Assembly (NCBI GenBank): GCA_964016885.1
Contig: OZ024744.1
Span: forward strand, 58,652,001-58,716,000
Reading direction: 5' to 3'
Source: Eledone cirrhosa
Taxonomy: Eukaryota
Length of the DNA stretch: 64,000 nt
Below, one piece after another: positions 49,937 to 62,679 of the stretch. Position 1 is the first letter of the stretch; each line of letters starts with the position of its first letter. Under the pieces are notes generated by a model. It made no database searches. It was not told the DNA's origin and saw only the letters and a list, made by a program, of their open reading frames with translations. The position numbers and the translations under genes are program-made.

Positions 49937-50190
49937 ATAGTGAAAGAATGAAGAGTAACATGGTTGGTTGTACAACAAGGGGCTTTATTTCAAGTACTGA
50001 CAATTGTTTCATTGATCAGGTGAGTATAGAGGTCGCTGATCGCTGATGTGTTGATCAGAGGTAAATAATGTATTTAAGATCGAGTGACGCAACTTCAAGT
50101 GATTAGCGACCTCTAGACTCACCTGATCAATGAAACAATTGTCAGTACTTGAAATAAAGCCCCTTGTTGTACAGCCAACTTTTCATTCTT

Positions 50191-50197
<7 letters not shown>
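49937..50197. repeat. Imperfect inverted repeat (~100-bp arms) ending in (TA)n
   Basis: ~49937-50045 versus ~50095-50197; contains a GAAAC-aatt-GTC hammerhead remnant. Confidence 0.82.
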
Positions 50198-50220
<23 letters not shown>

Positions 50221-50226
<6 letters not shown>

Positions 50227-50606
50227 ATTAAATAAATGGAAACTATATTTATAAAACCATATTTATTTCATTATATATATTTCGGGGATATCATATTAAC
50301 AATATGCTATGCCTTCCTCAGACAAAATACAATATAAACAGTTTTATAGATAAATAGATTCGACATACCGTTATAACACCGACTTCCATTTGAAGAGGTT
50401 TAAGCTGGCAGTCAGCTGCCAGCTTAAACCTCTTCAAATGGAAGTCGGTGTTATAACGGTATGTCGAATCTATTTATCTATAAAACTGTTTATATTGTAT
50501 TTTGTCTGAGGAAGGCATAGCATATTGTTAATATGATATCCCCGAAATATATATAATGAAATAAATATGGTTTTATAAATATAGTTTCCATTTATTTAAT
50601 ATTGTA
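50221..50606. repeat. Near-perfect palindrome, 191-bp arms, 4-nt spacer
   Basis: ..taagctggcag-tcag-ctgccagctta..; no arm mismatches seen by eye; degenerate hammerhead (CTGAGGA..GAAA-tata) in each arm. Confidence 0.93.
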
Positions 50607-50692
50607 AATATACTCCAAATATTTGTCGAGTGCTTTTATATCAGTTATAAATATTTACTAGTTGTAACCCAACAATTTTTAAATATAACTTT

Positions 50693-50727
<35 letters not shown>

Positions 50728-51053
50728 TATAGATATATATATATATATTTATTCATTCATTGATTGTTATCAGGTATTTTGATTTAATTTTTTATTAAAT
50801 TTAATAAGATACTCAACGAATTATGTAGTCTTACTTTCAGTGTAGATTGTCTCTAGTCTTAAGCTTTGATATATCTTAGTGCACACTTATGTGTGTATGT
50901 ATATATTTCATTCACTTTCTTATGCTTAAGGCTCGATTTTATTCTGTGAATTCTATTATCTTGAGCTGTTTTTTGAGACAAGACATATGTTTGATTTTGT
51001 ATCATTCATGAGATCCTTCACTTTGAATGTAATAATAGTAATACACACACACT

Positions 51054-51119
<66 letters not shown>

Positions 51120-51122
<3 letters not shown>

Positions 51123-51217
51123 AGTTTTTTTTTTTTTTCTGTTGATGTTAGCTAAAGCTGAAGCAGAATTGTCAGTATAATTATATAATTATTTCTATAT
51201 ATGAATGGTACATGAAT

Positions 51218-51264
<47 letters not shown>

Positions 51265-51382
51265 GTGTGTGTGGGGGGGGGGGTCATTCATGTACCATTC
51301 ATATATAGAAATAATTATATAATTATACTGACAATTCTGCTTCAGCTTTAGCTAACATCAACAGAAAAAATAAAAAAACTCA
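51120..51382. repeat. Inverted repeat (~97-bp arms) around a (CA)n(TA)n(TG)n core
   Basis: ctgttgatgttagctaaagctg..gtacatgaat is the reverse complement of attcatgtac..cagctttagctaacatcaacag. Confidence 0.9.
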
Positions 51383-52053
51383 ATTATTAATAACATTACT
51401 AAATGTAATGGCACTAATACAATAACATAGTGTTTAAATGACAGTTTAAGTAGTTCCATTGTATATGGGGCAAACGTGTCAACAAACAATGATTCGACCA
51501 TGAAAATGTATATGGGTTTAACAAACCCTTTCAAACTGTAATACAACTAACACTTTAGCCAGAAAGTTAGACACAGCTTTGTCCAAATATATTTTTGATT
51601 TAACATGCAGATGTTTTCATTTTCGTATAAAATAGAAACCTTTCCAGTTTACAAGAGACTACAACCAAAGAACGAATATCCGTAAGCTATCTGTTATAGA
51701 AATATCATTCTCTTTCTAAATGAAAACCTTCGCAATCGTAAATCAGAATTAATGTCGTTTTGCTGACACAAGATTCAGTATATTTTGGAAAACATAAAAA
51801 AAAAACAAATGACGATTTTTAAAGGAAAAAGTCACTTCCCTTGCTTTTTGTCGACACAAAAGCTAATAATCCTTTATATATAAATATATGTGTGTTCATA
51901 TACCTTTTTTGTCCCAATGTACACTGGAATGAATGATAAGAACCTTATTTCACCGAAACTGTAGTGATTTCCAGAGGCTGACTGAGGAGATAGGACTGTC
52001 CGTCTTTCCCTTGTTTTTTCCATTGTCTTTATCCTGTGCGCTTCCTTTTTTGA

Positions 52054-52089
<36 letters not shown>

Positions 52090-52140
52090 ATGTGTGTGTG
52101 TTTTTTTTTTTTGTTTCCAATCTTAATATTTATATATATA

Positions 52141-52441
52141 CTAGACCACCCCCGACCCGTCGGGTCACGTTCACTTAAAAATAATTTTTAAATAATTAAA
52201 ATGTACACAGGCATTTATATAATGTAAAATGAAATTGGGAGGCCCATATATGTGTAGGGGGTGTCTGTGACCTATATACACTGGTCACAGACACATACAC
52301 ATATATATATATACACACACACACATATATATATATATAAATATACATACACGCACCCATATATATATACACACACGTAAACACGCACACTTAGAAACCC
52401 ATCCTATTTAGCAGGAAATATTTGCTACACAAGTTATATGA
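52141..52441 (-). mobile_element. Putative non-autonomous Helitron-like element
   Basis: Minus-strand 3' end: gacccg-a-cgggtc hairpin, short spacer, CTAG|T; internal microsatellites. Confidence 0.5.
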
Positions 52442-52543
52442 TACATATGACTTAATATTCAGTCACCAAATTCGAATTAGATACAGTAATGCTGTATTAC
52501 TTTGAAGTCACGTGTTATAATTTCATTCAACAAAACCAACAGC

Positions 52544-52772
<229 letters not shown>

Positions 52773-52824
52773 GTTTTGGCTTTATTATATAACAAACAAG
52801 CACACAATCACAGAGTTTGAGTAG

Positions 52825-52861
<37 letters not shown>

Positions 52862-53369
52862 CCACGAAAGAGTTAATATTTCTTTCGTTTTCTTTCTCTC
52901 TCTCTCTGCCCCTCTCTCTCCCACTTTCTCTCTTATTTTTCTATCTCTATCTCTCTTCGCCCTCTCAATCACCCTCTCTCTTTTCCTTCTCTCTCTATCT
53001 CCCAATTGGTTAGAACTCTCAGTCTTTCTCCATCTCTTTTCTTGAATTCTCACTGTTTTACCCTAGGTAAATTTTAGGGCCTCCGAGATGTTTAAACGGA
53101 AGGAATAACATTTATCAGCAGAATTACAAACAGATTGGGCTCCGCTAAAAAATGCTCGAGAACAATTTGATGGTTTTAAACCGGGAACCAAATTACGACG
53201 GCCACACTAGAATAGATGAGTTCCGGGCGACCGTCATTCACACAGTTTCCTACCAAATTTCAATCACAAAGTTTGGTTGACCCAAGGCTATGGCCAAGAT
53301 ACCCTGCTGTGATATCGAATCTGAAACCATGTAGTAGAGAAGCAAACCTCTAAAATCCAGATAATCCAG

Positions 53370-55440
53370 CCCGCTGCAGAACTGAGGGGATATTTACCCG
53401 AGCTATGGACCGCTTAATGGTCACGTTTAACTCAGTGTGGGGCGCCTAGCGACCAGTATTCAGGCGGCAGGACAAACCATGGAGACCTATGGAGCCGAGG
53501 GACCTACCACAGCGACATCTCAGATCCCCACAGACATCGGCTCCTACTCGGTGTACAATGGAGATGCGGAATCGTCCAGACTGAGAAGGCTACCAATGTT
53601 GACCACAAGCATGGCATCAATCCAGTCCCTCGAGAACTTTGCGGTTGCAGAAAGTAAGCGACACCTAGAAAATTAATCAGAATGATCAAAGAGAGAGCTA
53701 AAATTTTGACTCGAACGGAAATTGTCCAGTACTTTCTGCTTCCGTCTATCCTCATCTGTATCGGGAAAGAACTGAAACTGTGAATCACATTTTTGTTGGA
53801 GCTATGATCCCAATAACGACCTTTTTAATTGCTATAAAATGGCAAAATAAAAAAGGGCCTTCTGTTGGTTATGTGAACAGGATGAAGCAACAATGTGACG
53901 AACTTCATCCAGAACTAAATTATTTCACAACCAAACAATTACGCCAACAAGCAACGTCTGTCGGGTTGTAAAAATAAAATAAACATCATTGAAAGTGTGA
54001 AACCCTTACAAATAACTGTTTCTACTTTAGGCACAAGGCCAGCAATTACCAGTGCATTACTGGTACTTTATTTTATCGACCCCGTAAGGATGAAAGGCAA
54101 AGTCAACCTCGGCGGGATTTGAACTCAGATCGTAAAGGGACGTAACTATCTTACAAATAACAACACTAAGTGAGCAGTTTCCTAGATCAAGCATACAATC
54201 GAGACGTGTCACAACAGGTTGCCATATTACTGGCTTTTCTCATAGCCAGTCCGACCATCAACATCAAACAACTGCATTATAGAAATAATCTCTTTAAACA
54301 ACCTTGCCACAAAGAAATTTGACACCAGGTGTCACAACACACTTTACTTCGAATGTCTACAATTAACTATGAGAGTGAACCATAATATTAAACAAGAAAC
54401 CAAATAATGAAATTCTGCATGATATCGACGTCATTGAAGGAGAATATTTGCGACAAGTTAACGTCTGTCTATATACCGTAGCAATGATAGTGAAGCATTA
54501 TCTTAGTGACAATAGAGATAGATGTTAACAGAAACAAAACCACACAAAAATGCTATCGTATATTTCAAAAATAGGGGGGGGGGGGAATCGCTGACCTACG
54601 AGAAACTATCGGCCATGTGACAATGTTTATCACATGTAAACAAAAACAAAAAACTACACTTCTCACCAACAAAGAGTGAAAAATAGAATATAAATTATGT
54701 TTGGAGACATTACAGGCAGAACTCTTCAAAACAAGTTGATCATTTTCAAACAAGAATATTTTCAAATAAGAAGAGAGTGGATGAAAAGAAAATGATTAAT
54801 AAAAGATTCAGCCGAAACCAAATATCAGTCTATAGAGATAAGAGGGGCAAACCAATAAATGTCACTGAAGCCCCGTCCCAAAAATACAGAGATCCCTTCT
54901 GGAGAAAAATATGGGTGGGGAACGAAAATAGATTGTCACTGAAAGGTAGAATATAGCAGAGGTATATTTCTGTGATGCTCTACTGTCAATAAACGCTTGT
55001 CCTTGATGCTGAGGATATAAGAAGGATATGTAATTGGTTCACAGGAGGTCAAAAACACTAATTAAAACATTGCTTCTTTGTGGATGACCTGAAACTTTAT
55101 GCCAAGAATATAAATGCTATGAAGGAAAGTCTTGACCTGGTTATGATGTTCTCGAAAAATATAGAAATGGAGTTTTGCCAGGATAAATGTTCATGTATGA
55201 TTGTAAAGCGAGGAAAAAGTACAAGCCAATCTATCCTATGATGATATTAGTGACAAGAAATTAAGAACCTGGGAGTATAAAAGTCGAATAAGAAAAATAA
55301 ATCGATAGCCTACAATGTGATTGCTGTAATTGTGTTAACACCTGGACGCTAGATGAGATTTGAGCTACTAATATTAAAACTAGAAACGTTCTAATTGGCA
55401 CCGGAAATTTCCACAGGGAGTGTGGTTGAAAGAGACCCGG
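53370..55440 (+). mobile_element. Highly decayed R4-like non-LTR element
   Basis: Residual GYVNRMKQQCDELHPEL..KQLRQQA, PFWRKIW, FFVDDLKLYAK and MEFCQDKC motifs; boundaries approximate. Confidence 0.6.
54017..54149 (-). mobile_element. 5'-truncated SINE with 12-bp TSD
   Basis: Reverse complement of the 4975-family 3' part; cttacaaataac at 54005-54016 and 54150-54161. Confidence 0.88.
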
Positions 55441-55887
55441 ACGAACTACTGCAGCATATGCAGAAAGGAATATAAGTCCTTAACAGAAGCTAAAATGTCA
55501 TGATCGTGCCAAACCCGTGTATGAGAAAAAGATGAAGTGATGATAATTCTCCAAAACCAAGATGCAGCCAACATGTATTCATGTATGTATGTATGTGTGT
55601 ATATATGTATATATATATGTATGTATGTATGCATGTATGTTTGTATGTATGTCTATGTCGGGTCACTCTTGAGTGCTACTGGTAACATGTAACCCTGTAC
55701 AACCAGTCTCATGGTCGGGTCGTCGGCGACTAAACCGGCAACCCCATCAAGTTTACTTGGTGGGGAGGGTGATTTAGGACATCCTGCAGGACAAAAAACA
55801 AAACCTGACAAAGGGTTGAAGAACTCATAAGAGTCAACGGCCATCCAAAATTGTGTAAATATGTATATACACATGTACATATGTATG

Positions 55888-55925
<38 letters not shown>

Positions 55926-56695
55926 TGTGTGCAAGTGTATGTATATGCACGGGAACATAGAAAAAGTCGGGCTGGATACCCGATCGCGCGAAAGTGAAGG
56001 ACCCCAAGCCTTTGTCAGGGCATTCTTCTAGGAGAAGGCAACTCAGTAAACAGGGATAACTCCGATATAAAACCTGCGGCTCAGTAGTAACCGATGATGT
56101 TGATCTTTTCTTCTTTTCGGGTTATAGCTACTGTCGATCAGAGAGTGGGATTGGCTCAGTGCACAGCCTTTCCTCACTTTAAAAAATATCTTCATGCACA
56201 GGCACAAAGGAACTAAACCCAGAATCACGTGGGTGCAAAGTGAACTTCTTAACCACACAGCTATGTCTGAATATCCTTCTCTTGTTCATCCAACGAATAT
56301 AGCTTCGAAGCTTTTAACTTTCCAGATTCTTTGGAAAGTTTAATTTCTTGAACCTGTCGTTCTTCTGAAAGCAAGAGAAAAAGATTAAAAAATACCATTT
56401 GAAAAGATTTTTACAAATGTCAATGATTGAAAAACAATGAAAGACAAAACCCGGTTTGATCTATAACCATAAATTTCTATAAATAAACATTTTCTTCTCA
56501 AACCATTCATTTTATGTAATTCAACTTAGTCACTTACATAGCGAGGATTTTTTTTTTTTTTTTTGTCATTTGCTATTTCAATGAGGTGAGACTCTGTGAA
56601 TTGAAAACAAACACAATACACACACAAACAACAGTCAACACCACCACCCTATATATATATATATATTTCTTTATTTGATATATATATTTCTTTAT

Positions 56696-56763
<68 letters not shown>

Positions 56764-56772
<9 letters not shown>

Positions 56773-57020
56773 TAAAATAACAGATTAAAGTTTAAGCAAA
56801 GAATCGCTGCTTTCACTCTTAACGGGATCTTCTGAAACTAACAAAGTCAATCTGTAAATGCAGAAGTGGATATTTCAAAAAACGTTGCAACCGGTTGCAA
56901 CGTTTTTTGAAATATCCACTTCTGCATTTACAGATTGACTTTGTTAGTTTCAGAAGATCCCGTTAAGAGTGAAAGCAGCGATTCTTTGCTTAAACTTTAA
57001 TCTTCTATTTTAATAAATAT
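56764..57020. repeat. Palindrome, ~128-bp arms, no spacer
   Basis: Centre aacgttgcaacc|ggttgcaacgtt at 56892/56893; one small mismatch near the outer ends; left end abuts (TA)n. Confidence 0.93.
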
Positions 57021-57106
57021 TTGCTCTACGGTGCTTATATATTTGATATATATTTATCCTTATCGAGCCCTCTTTGGATTTTAGTCTTCAAATTTATTAT
57101 TATTAC

Positions 57107-57139
<33 letters not shown>

Positions 57140-57220
57140 AGAAGGTGAGTTATATTGTAGAACAATAGAAACTCTTTTAACCATCTTTTAATTTATTCTT
57201 TGTCATATATATATATATAT

Positions 57221-57298
<78 letters not shown>

Positions 57299-57333
57299 GG
57301 TGTTAAAGTTTGCTTGAAGCATTGTGAAATGTG

Positions 57334-57779
57334 TAAAATATGTAGTTTAGAAAGCCACAACAATGCAGATGGGAAATCTCGAGGTAAGAAGTGAGTGAGA
57401 AATAGGAGAAAAGTGAAAATGAAAATGAAAACAAAACAAAGGTAGAAGGGTTATCGTAGTGGAGATTTAATCCCAATATTTCGGGCTCACGCCCATCAAC
57501 GGGGGAAAGTTCCAAAAGGGGGGAACAGGCTAAGCCGGAGAAAGTTGTAGTGTCGTTAAATTTAACGACACTACAACTTTCTCCGGCTTAGCCTGTTCCC
57601 CCCTTTTGGAACTTTCCCCCGTTGATGGGCGTGAGCCCGAAATATTGGGATTAAATCTCCACTACGATAACCCTTCTACCTTTGTTTTGTTTTCATTTTC
57701 ATTTTCACTTTTCTCCTATTTCTCACTCACTTCTTACCTCGAGATTTCCCATCTGCATTGTTGTGGCTTTCTAAACTAC

Positions 57780-57787
<8 letters not shown>
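57334..57787. repeat. Palindrome, 227-bp arms, no spacer
   Basis: Centre gtcgttaaa|tttaacgac at 57560/57561. The track shows the same peptide on both strands. Degenerate hammerhead (gggc-gtga-gccc-GAAA-ta-TT-ggga) in the arms; right end abuts (TA)n. Confidence 0.95.
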
Positions 57788-57827
<40 letters not shown>

Positions 57828-57936
57828 TAAAAGGAATTCCAACATTGTCTGATTTACTCGGTTTATTTACAATCCTTTAAAATTATAATATTATAATGAA
57901 ATAGTATGGTAGAATATTAAATGTTAAATGTTAATT

Positions 57937-57973
57937 GAACAAGTACTTTCATGCTTTCGCAATCTTCAGGTTC
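57937..57973 (-). ncRNA. Minimal type I hammerhead ribozyme in the Penelope 3' region
   Basis: Minus strand: gaac-CTGAAGA-t-tgc(gaaa)gca-t-GAAA-gtac-TT-gttc, ~400 nt downstream of the GIY-YIG stop. Confidence 0.82.
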
Positions 57974-58374
57974 ATATTCAGTGGTGACAGTCAAGTTTGC
58001 AATGTTCAACTGTAATGAGATGGCTAAAATTTGTGCCTTATATACAGTAAACAGGGGCTACAGAATGCTAAGTTTTGCAAACTGTATTTCGACCAATCGG
58101 TGTGTGGTTTCACTAGATTACTAAAGCTGATTGGTTTAGGCGTCACTGTTGGTTGAGGATGTCTAACGACTTCTGTTTGACCCTATCCAAAGCATCAATT
58201 GTTTTGCCATTTTTAGAAATGAGGAAAATAGCATTTTCTAGGGTTTTATAAAAAATCTTCAGTAATCATCAACATCAACATCACTTTTATTATTATTATT
58301 GTTGTTGTTGTTAGTGGTGGTAGTCGACATGGTCGTAGGCGTAGTCATAGTAGGAGTAATACTCCTAAGCATTA

Positions 58375-60730
58375 TTATTGTTCATTTAGCTTGGGTTGGA
58401 ATTTATCAATAAAATTATTTTCTTTAATTTTTCTCTTGATTTCACTTGGGCTGTGTAATTTGTAGAATGGAAATATTATAAATATTTTCTGACCACATGT
58501 TGCTAGATGGTTACTCAGGGGTACCTGGCGGACATTTGGGTCTCTGATTTGCTGTTGGTGCACCCGTGCGCGATCCGATAGTGCATTTCCAGTTTGACCG
58601 ACATATAGTTCTTCACAATTCGGGCATTTAATGCAGTAAATTAGATTTCTGCTTTTGCAGTTCATATTTGCATTTGGGAATATTTTTCCAGTTTTTGTTT
58701 TCATATATTGACCGGCGTGTATGGATTGACATGTGCTGCATCGATTATCATTGCATTTAGATACAGTGAATGATTGGTCTTTGTTGTTAAGGTCAAACTT
58801 TGCCTTTGTTAGTAATTGCTTCAAACTTTTCGGCTGTCTTTTACTAAGAGTCAAAGATCGATCTGTGATTAAACCTTTTAATTCATTACTTTGAGCAATG
58901 ATCGGTAGGTTTGTTTTGGCAGTGTAGAAGATATTCTGGTGACATGGGTTATGTGTCATTATAAATGGTATGACAAGTTCTTGGTTTCTTCTACCTTGTA
59001 TAGGTATTTTTATAGCCCACTGTATGCCATTTTCTATAAGTAGAGATGGGTATTTTTGTTTGAGCAAAAATTCTCTCAGTTCTGTTAGGCGTTTGTTCCT
59101 GGTATTCGTATCTTCTACAATGGTACAAATTCTTCTGGCTAGGCAGTATGGGGTGTTGCGTTTTGTATGAGGTGGATGGCACAACTTAAAATTCAGATAT
59201 TGATGGGTATCTGTGTGTTCATAGCATATATCCGTGGTAATGGTGGTGTCGTTTTTGATTACCATTATATCTAGGAATGGTAATTTGGTACTACTCATCT
59301 CTTTTGTAAATTGGAGAGATGGGTGTAGGTTATTCAAGAGGATATTGAACACATCCAGATATTCTAGAGATTCTGTCCAGATGATGAAATAGTCGTCAAG
59401 GTATCTCTTCCAAGACTTTTCAATGTATTTTCTAAATTCAGTGGTATATTTTTCCTCTATTTCTTGGTAGAGTTGTTGTTCTAAGTATCCCATTACAGAG
59501 TTCGCGTAAACGGGAGAAAACTTTGTTCCCATCGCTGTGCCTCTTGTTTGGATGTAATTCTTTCTATTGAAGAAGAATGTGTTGTTTTCCAGAATAAGTC
59601 TGACTGCGTCTAATATAAATGGCACTGTGAATCTGGTGGGAATCACTTCTCTATGTTTTTCCACCCAGTATTTAACCGCCTTTATTCCTAAATTATGTGT
59701 AATGTTGGTGTAAAGGCTTAACACATCAAAACTAAGTAGAAGTGAATTCGTTTCCGTGGTTTTGGGAAGATGGGACAGGAAGTCGATGTCATCCCGGATG
59801 AAACTGGGTATGTGAATACATAGTGGTTTCAAAATAATGTCAACAAAATTGCTTAGACGGTGAGTAGAGCATGTTGGACCAGCTATAATAGGTCTTTTGG
59901 GCGTAGTAATTTAATGTACTCACTTTTTTGTTCTTTTACTGCCAGTTGGATTTCTTTTGAATTATGAATTTTCGGTAAGCCATAACAGTTGCTGGGTTTT
60001 GGCTCAAAATTGGTGATGTAGTCTCTTTCATTATCAGTAAGTGAGTTGTAGTATTTTGAAGCCAGGTTGTTGATCTTCTTCATGATGTTGTGGTTTATAT
60101 TTGACGGATTTAATGGTAGAATGTTGTGTCTTTCAGTTGTTCCTCAACCAAATCTTTGTAGTATTCAGCATCCATTATAACAATTGCACCCCCTTTATCT
60201 GCTTGTTTAATTATTATTGTTTTATCATTTTGTATTCGTTTAAGTGCAGACATTTCCGATTTGTTAATGTTTGGCCTAACATTAGCATTACGTCTAAGAG
60301 GAAATTTAGACAGGATATCAATATATTGGTCGAGATAGACATTTCTTCCTTTTGGCGGAGTGAAATTTGATTTATTCTTTACTGGTGATTCATCACTTTC
60401 ACTACTTTTATCAACGAAGAATTCTACAAGTCGTAATTTATGACAGAATACTTGGGTATCCTCCTTCAGTTCTTGGTGGTTGACTGTTGGAGTCGGTGTG
60501 AATTTCAGTCCTTTTGACAGAATTTGCATTTCATCATTGTCAAGATCTCTTTTGGATAAATTAATTATTTTAGGATCTACGTGTTTTGGGTATGTTTCCT
60601 CCTGGAGTTTTTCTTTTTCCGGTTTTTGTTGTCCTGACGTTAAAAAATGGATTTTTCTCTGTTCTATATTTAAATTCCTGTTGGTGTTTGCTTGATGAAC
60701 TTTTGCTCGTGATATTATACTTAGTTTCAT
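58375..60730 (-). pseudogene. Penelope-like element RT plus GIY-YIG endonuclease, disrupted
   Basis: LSKGLKFTPTP, IIIKQADKGGAIVIMD, YGLPKIH, SFDVLSLYTNI, GTAMGT, RYLDD, LPFLD, NLIYCIKCPNCEELYVGQT, RKIKENNFI..PKLN. Stop at 60110 and frameshift near 59890. Confidence 0.93.
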
Positions 60731-61290
60731 TATGTTTTTTGTCCTATTATGGTATTATGTATATTATTTTTCCATTTCTTGTTAGCATTATTTTTAACAA
60801 TCCAGGAAAATGACCTAGGTTTGCTTTCAGATTTAGATCGTTTTGTTTTTTTTGCCCAGTTTCTTGTGGGTAATCTCTGTTGAGATCTTGAAAGTGATCT
60901 GGTTATTCTACGGTTTTTTTTCCCTAGAAAAGCAATACATTGAGAGACAAAATAATAAAGTTCTCACGTCAGTTTTGACGATGATTATTCCAGTTGTTCA
61001 ATCAAAGGAACTGCCGCCACCTTCCACCGTGGTATTGAAGTATTCCTTATTCTACTGACACTTCGTATTATGAGTGTAAATCGTAAAGCAAGAATTAAAG
61101 TTTCATAATGTGTGCGAGTGCTAGAGCTTTGAATTACTAGTACAGTATATCTGTTTACATGTCTGTGTGTATATATATATAGGAATTTCGAGACTAACTA
61201 GAAACACACTTATATATATATATTTTAAAAAAATGAAAAGAATGACTTCACTTGTAGTTCTAAACAAATTGATTTAATTTTATAATATAA

Positions 61291-61838
61291 CTAGCTGAGG
61301 TGCCCGGTAATACCCGGGGGCGGGAGTATTCCCAGTTCCCATTAAAATACCCAATGCCTCTCAGACCAAAAATGAAATCAAAATATAGGACAGATAATGA
61401 AAAGCGAAGACAAATTCATTTACGAAACAATAATACAAACAAATATTGTTGATTGCATTGGTCAGGCGAAAAAATGTTTGTCAGAGAAGTTGAGTGTTGC
61501 TATAAGGAAAACAATAGAACCCCCATTAGGGTGTCTTAATATTATTGAAACTTGCTGAAATTTTGTGAATAGGCATCATATCTTGTCATTTACCTATGGT
61601 TTAAATTTCATATAAATCGAAGAGAAAAAATTAAGCAAAAAATTAAGCGGGGGTTTTCAGCGGGAGTTTGAACTCTAGGGAACCCTTTGATTAAATTGAA
61701 ATATACGTAAGAAATCAGATGGGCATGAGCCCCACACACGTGTCAAGTTTCATCAAGATATGTTTGGTAGTTTTTGAGTTTTAGGTTCACAAACAAACAG
61801 ACAGAAATTGCCATTTATGTATATTATGAGTTGCTAGA
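61291..61838 (-). mobile_element. Putative non-autonomous Helitron-like element
   Basis: Minus-strand end cccgg..ccggg hairpin plus CTAG|T. The opposite end has caagtttcatcaagat..acaaacaaacagacag then GA|T, an arrangement I associate with invertebrate non-autonomous Helitrons. Confidence 0.6.
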
Positions 61839-62118
61839 TCTAGTAAGTTCTTTGTTAACTTCGGTGGGAAGATTTTTAAAGATTCCTGGAGAACTTTCTC
61901 GCATTCGTCGGTGGTGATTGTCAAACTGAGATTGGGTTGTGTTGTGATGTGTGACTCTATATATAAGAGAGATTTGGATGTGTCTGGGGCGTGGGTGTTA
62001 ATGAGTGTGGAAGTGAACGAGTGTTGATGAAGATTTAAAGGAATTAAAGCATACACATATACACATACATATATATACAGAAAATAGTGAATGTACATAT
62101 ATATATATACACAGCAAG

Positions 62119-62236
62119 ATAATTGTTTCTACTTTAGGCACAAGGCCAGCAATTACCCAGTGCATTACTGGTACTTTATTTTATCGACACCCGTAAGGAT
62201 GAAAGGCAAAGTTAACCTCGGCGGGATTTGAACTCA
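62119..62236 (-). mobile_element. 5'-truncated SINE (4975 family)
   Basis: Reverse complement match from the B-box to the tail. Confidence 0.85.
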
Positions 62237-62239
62237 AGT

Positions 62240-62621
62240 GGAAAATGATTTATATCTGGATTTTGCAAAGGCTTCAGACAAAGTTAGTCATAGGACTATA
62301 TGCTACACACTTCGTGATCTCAGTTTAGTCGGAAAATATAAAAGTAACTGTATAACTTCCTGAAAGGCAGAAGTTATGAATCATACTCTCTCGAAATTCA
62401 TCTATCCCGGGCTGGGGTGCTACATGAGACAGTTTTGGGTCCCTTATTGTTTGTAATAACTCTATCATGATTGTTACACAGTCACCTTCATAAACTATGC
62501 CGATGATATCAAAATACCAAAAGCAATAAAAAGCCTGGGAACAATAAAGGCTTACAGAAGAGCCTCAATGTTATAACCAGATGGACCGAAGAAAACAAGG
62601 TGAAATTCACCTGAGTAAAGT

Positions 62622-62679
<58 letters not shown>

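Noticed and set aside
51380-52050. Possible host exons in unique-looking AT-rich DNA (also 56270-56360 and 60950-61040)
   Set aside because: No recognisable protein motif or convincing paired splice sites. The window could lie inside a large intron, but this cannot be shown here.
55965-56045. Twister-like loop aagg-accccaagc-cttt (similar motif at ~36735) and an HDV-like cgaCTAAaccgg at ~55730
   Set aside because: I could not place the required partner strands (GAGGG pseudoknot, P1, P3). Probably decayed LINE 5'UTR or ordinary hairpins.
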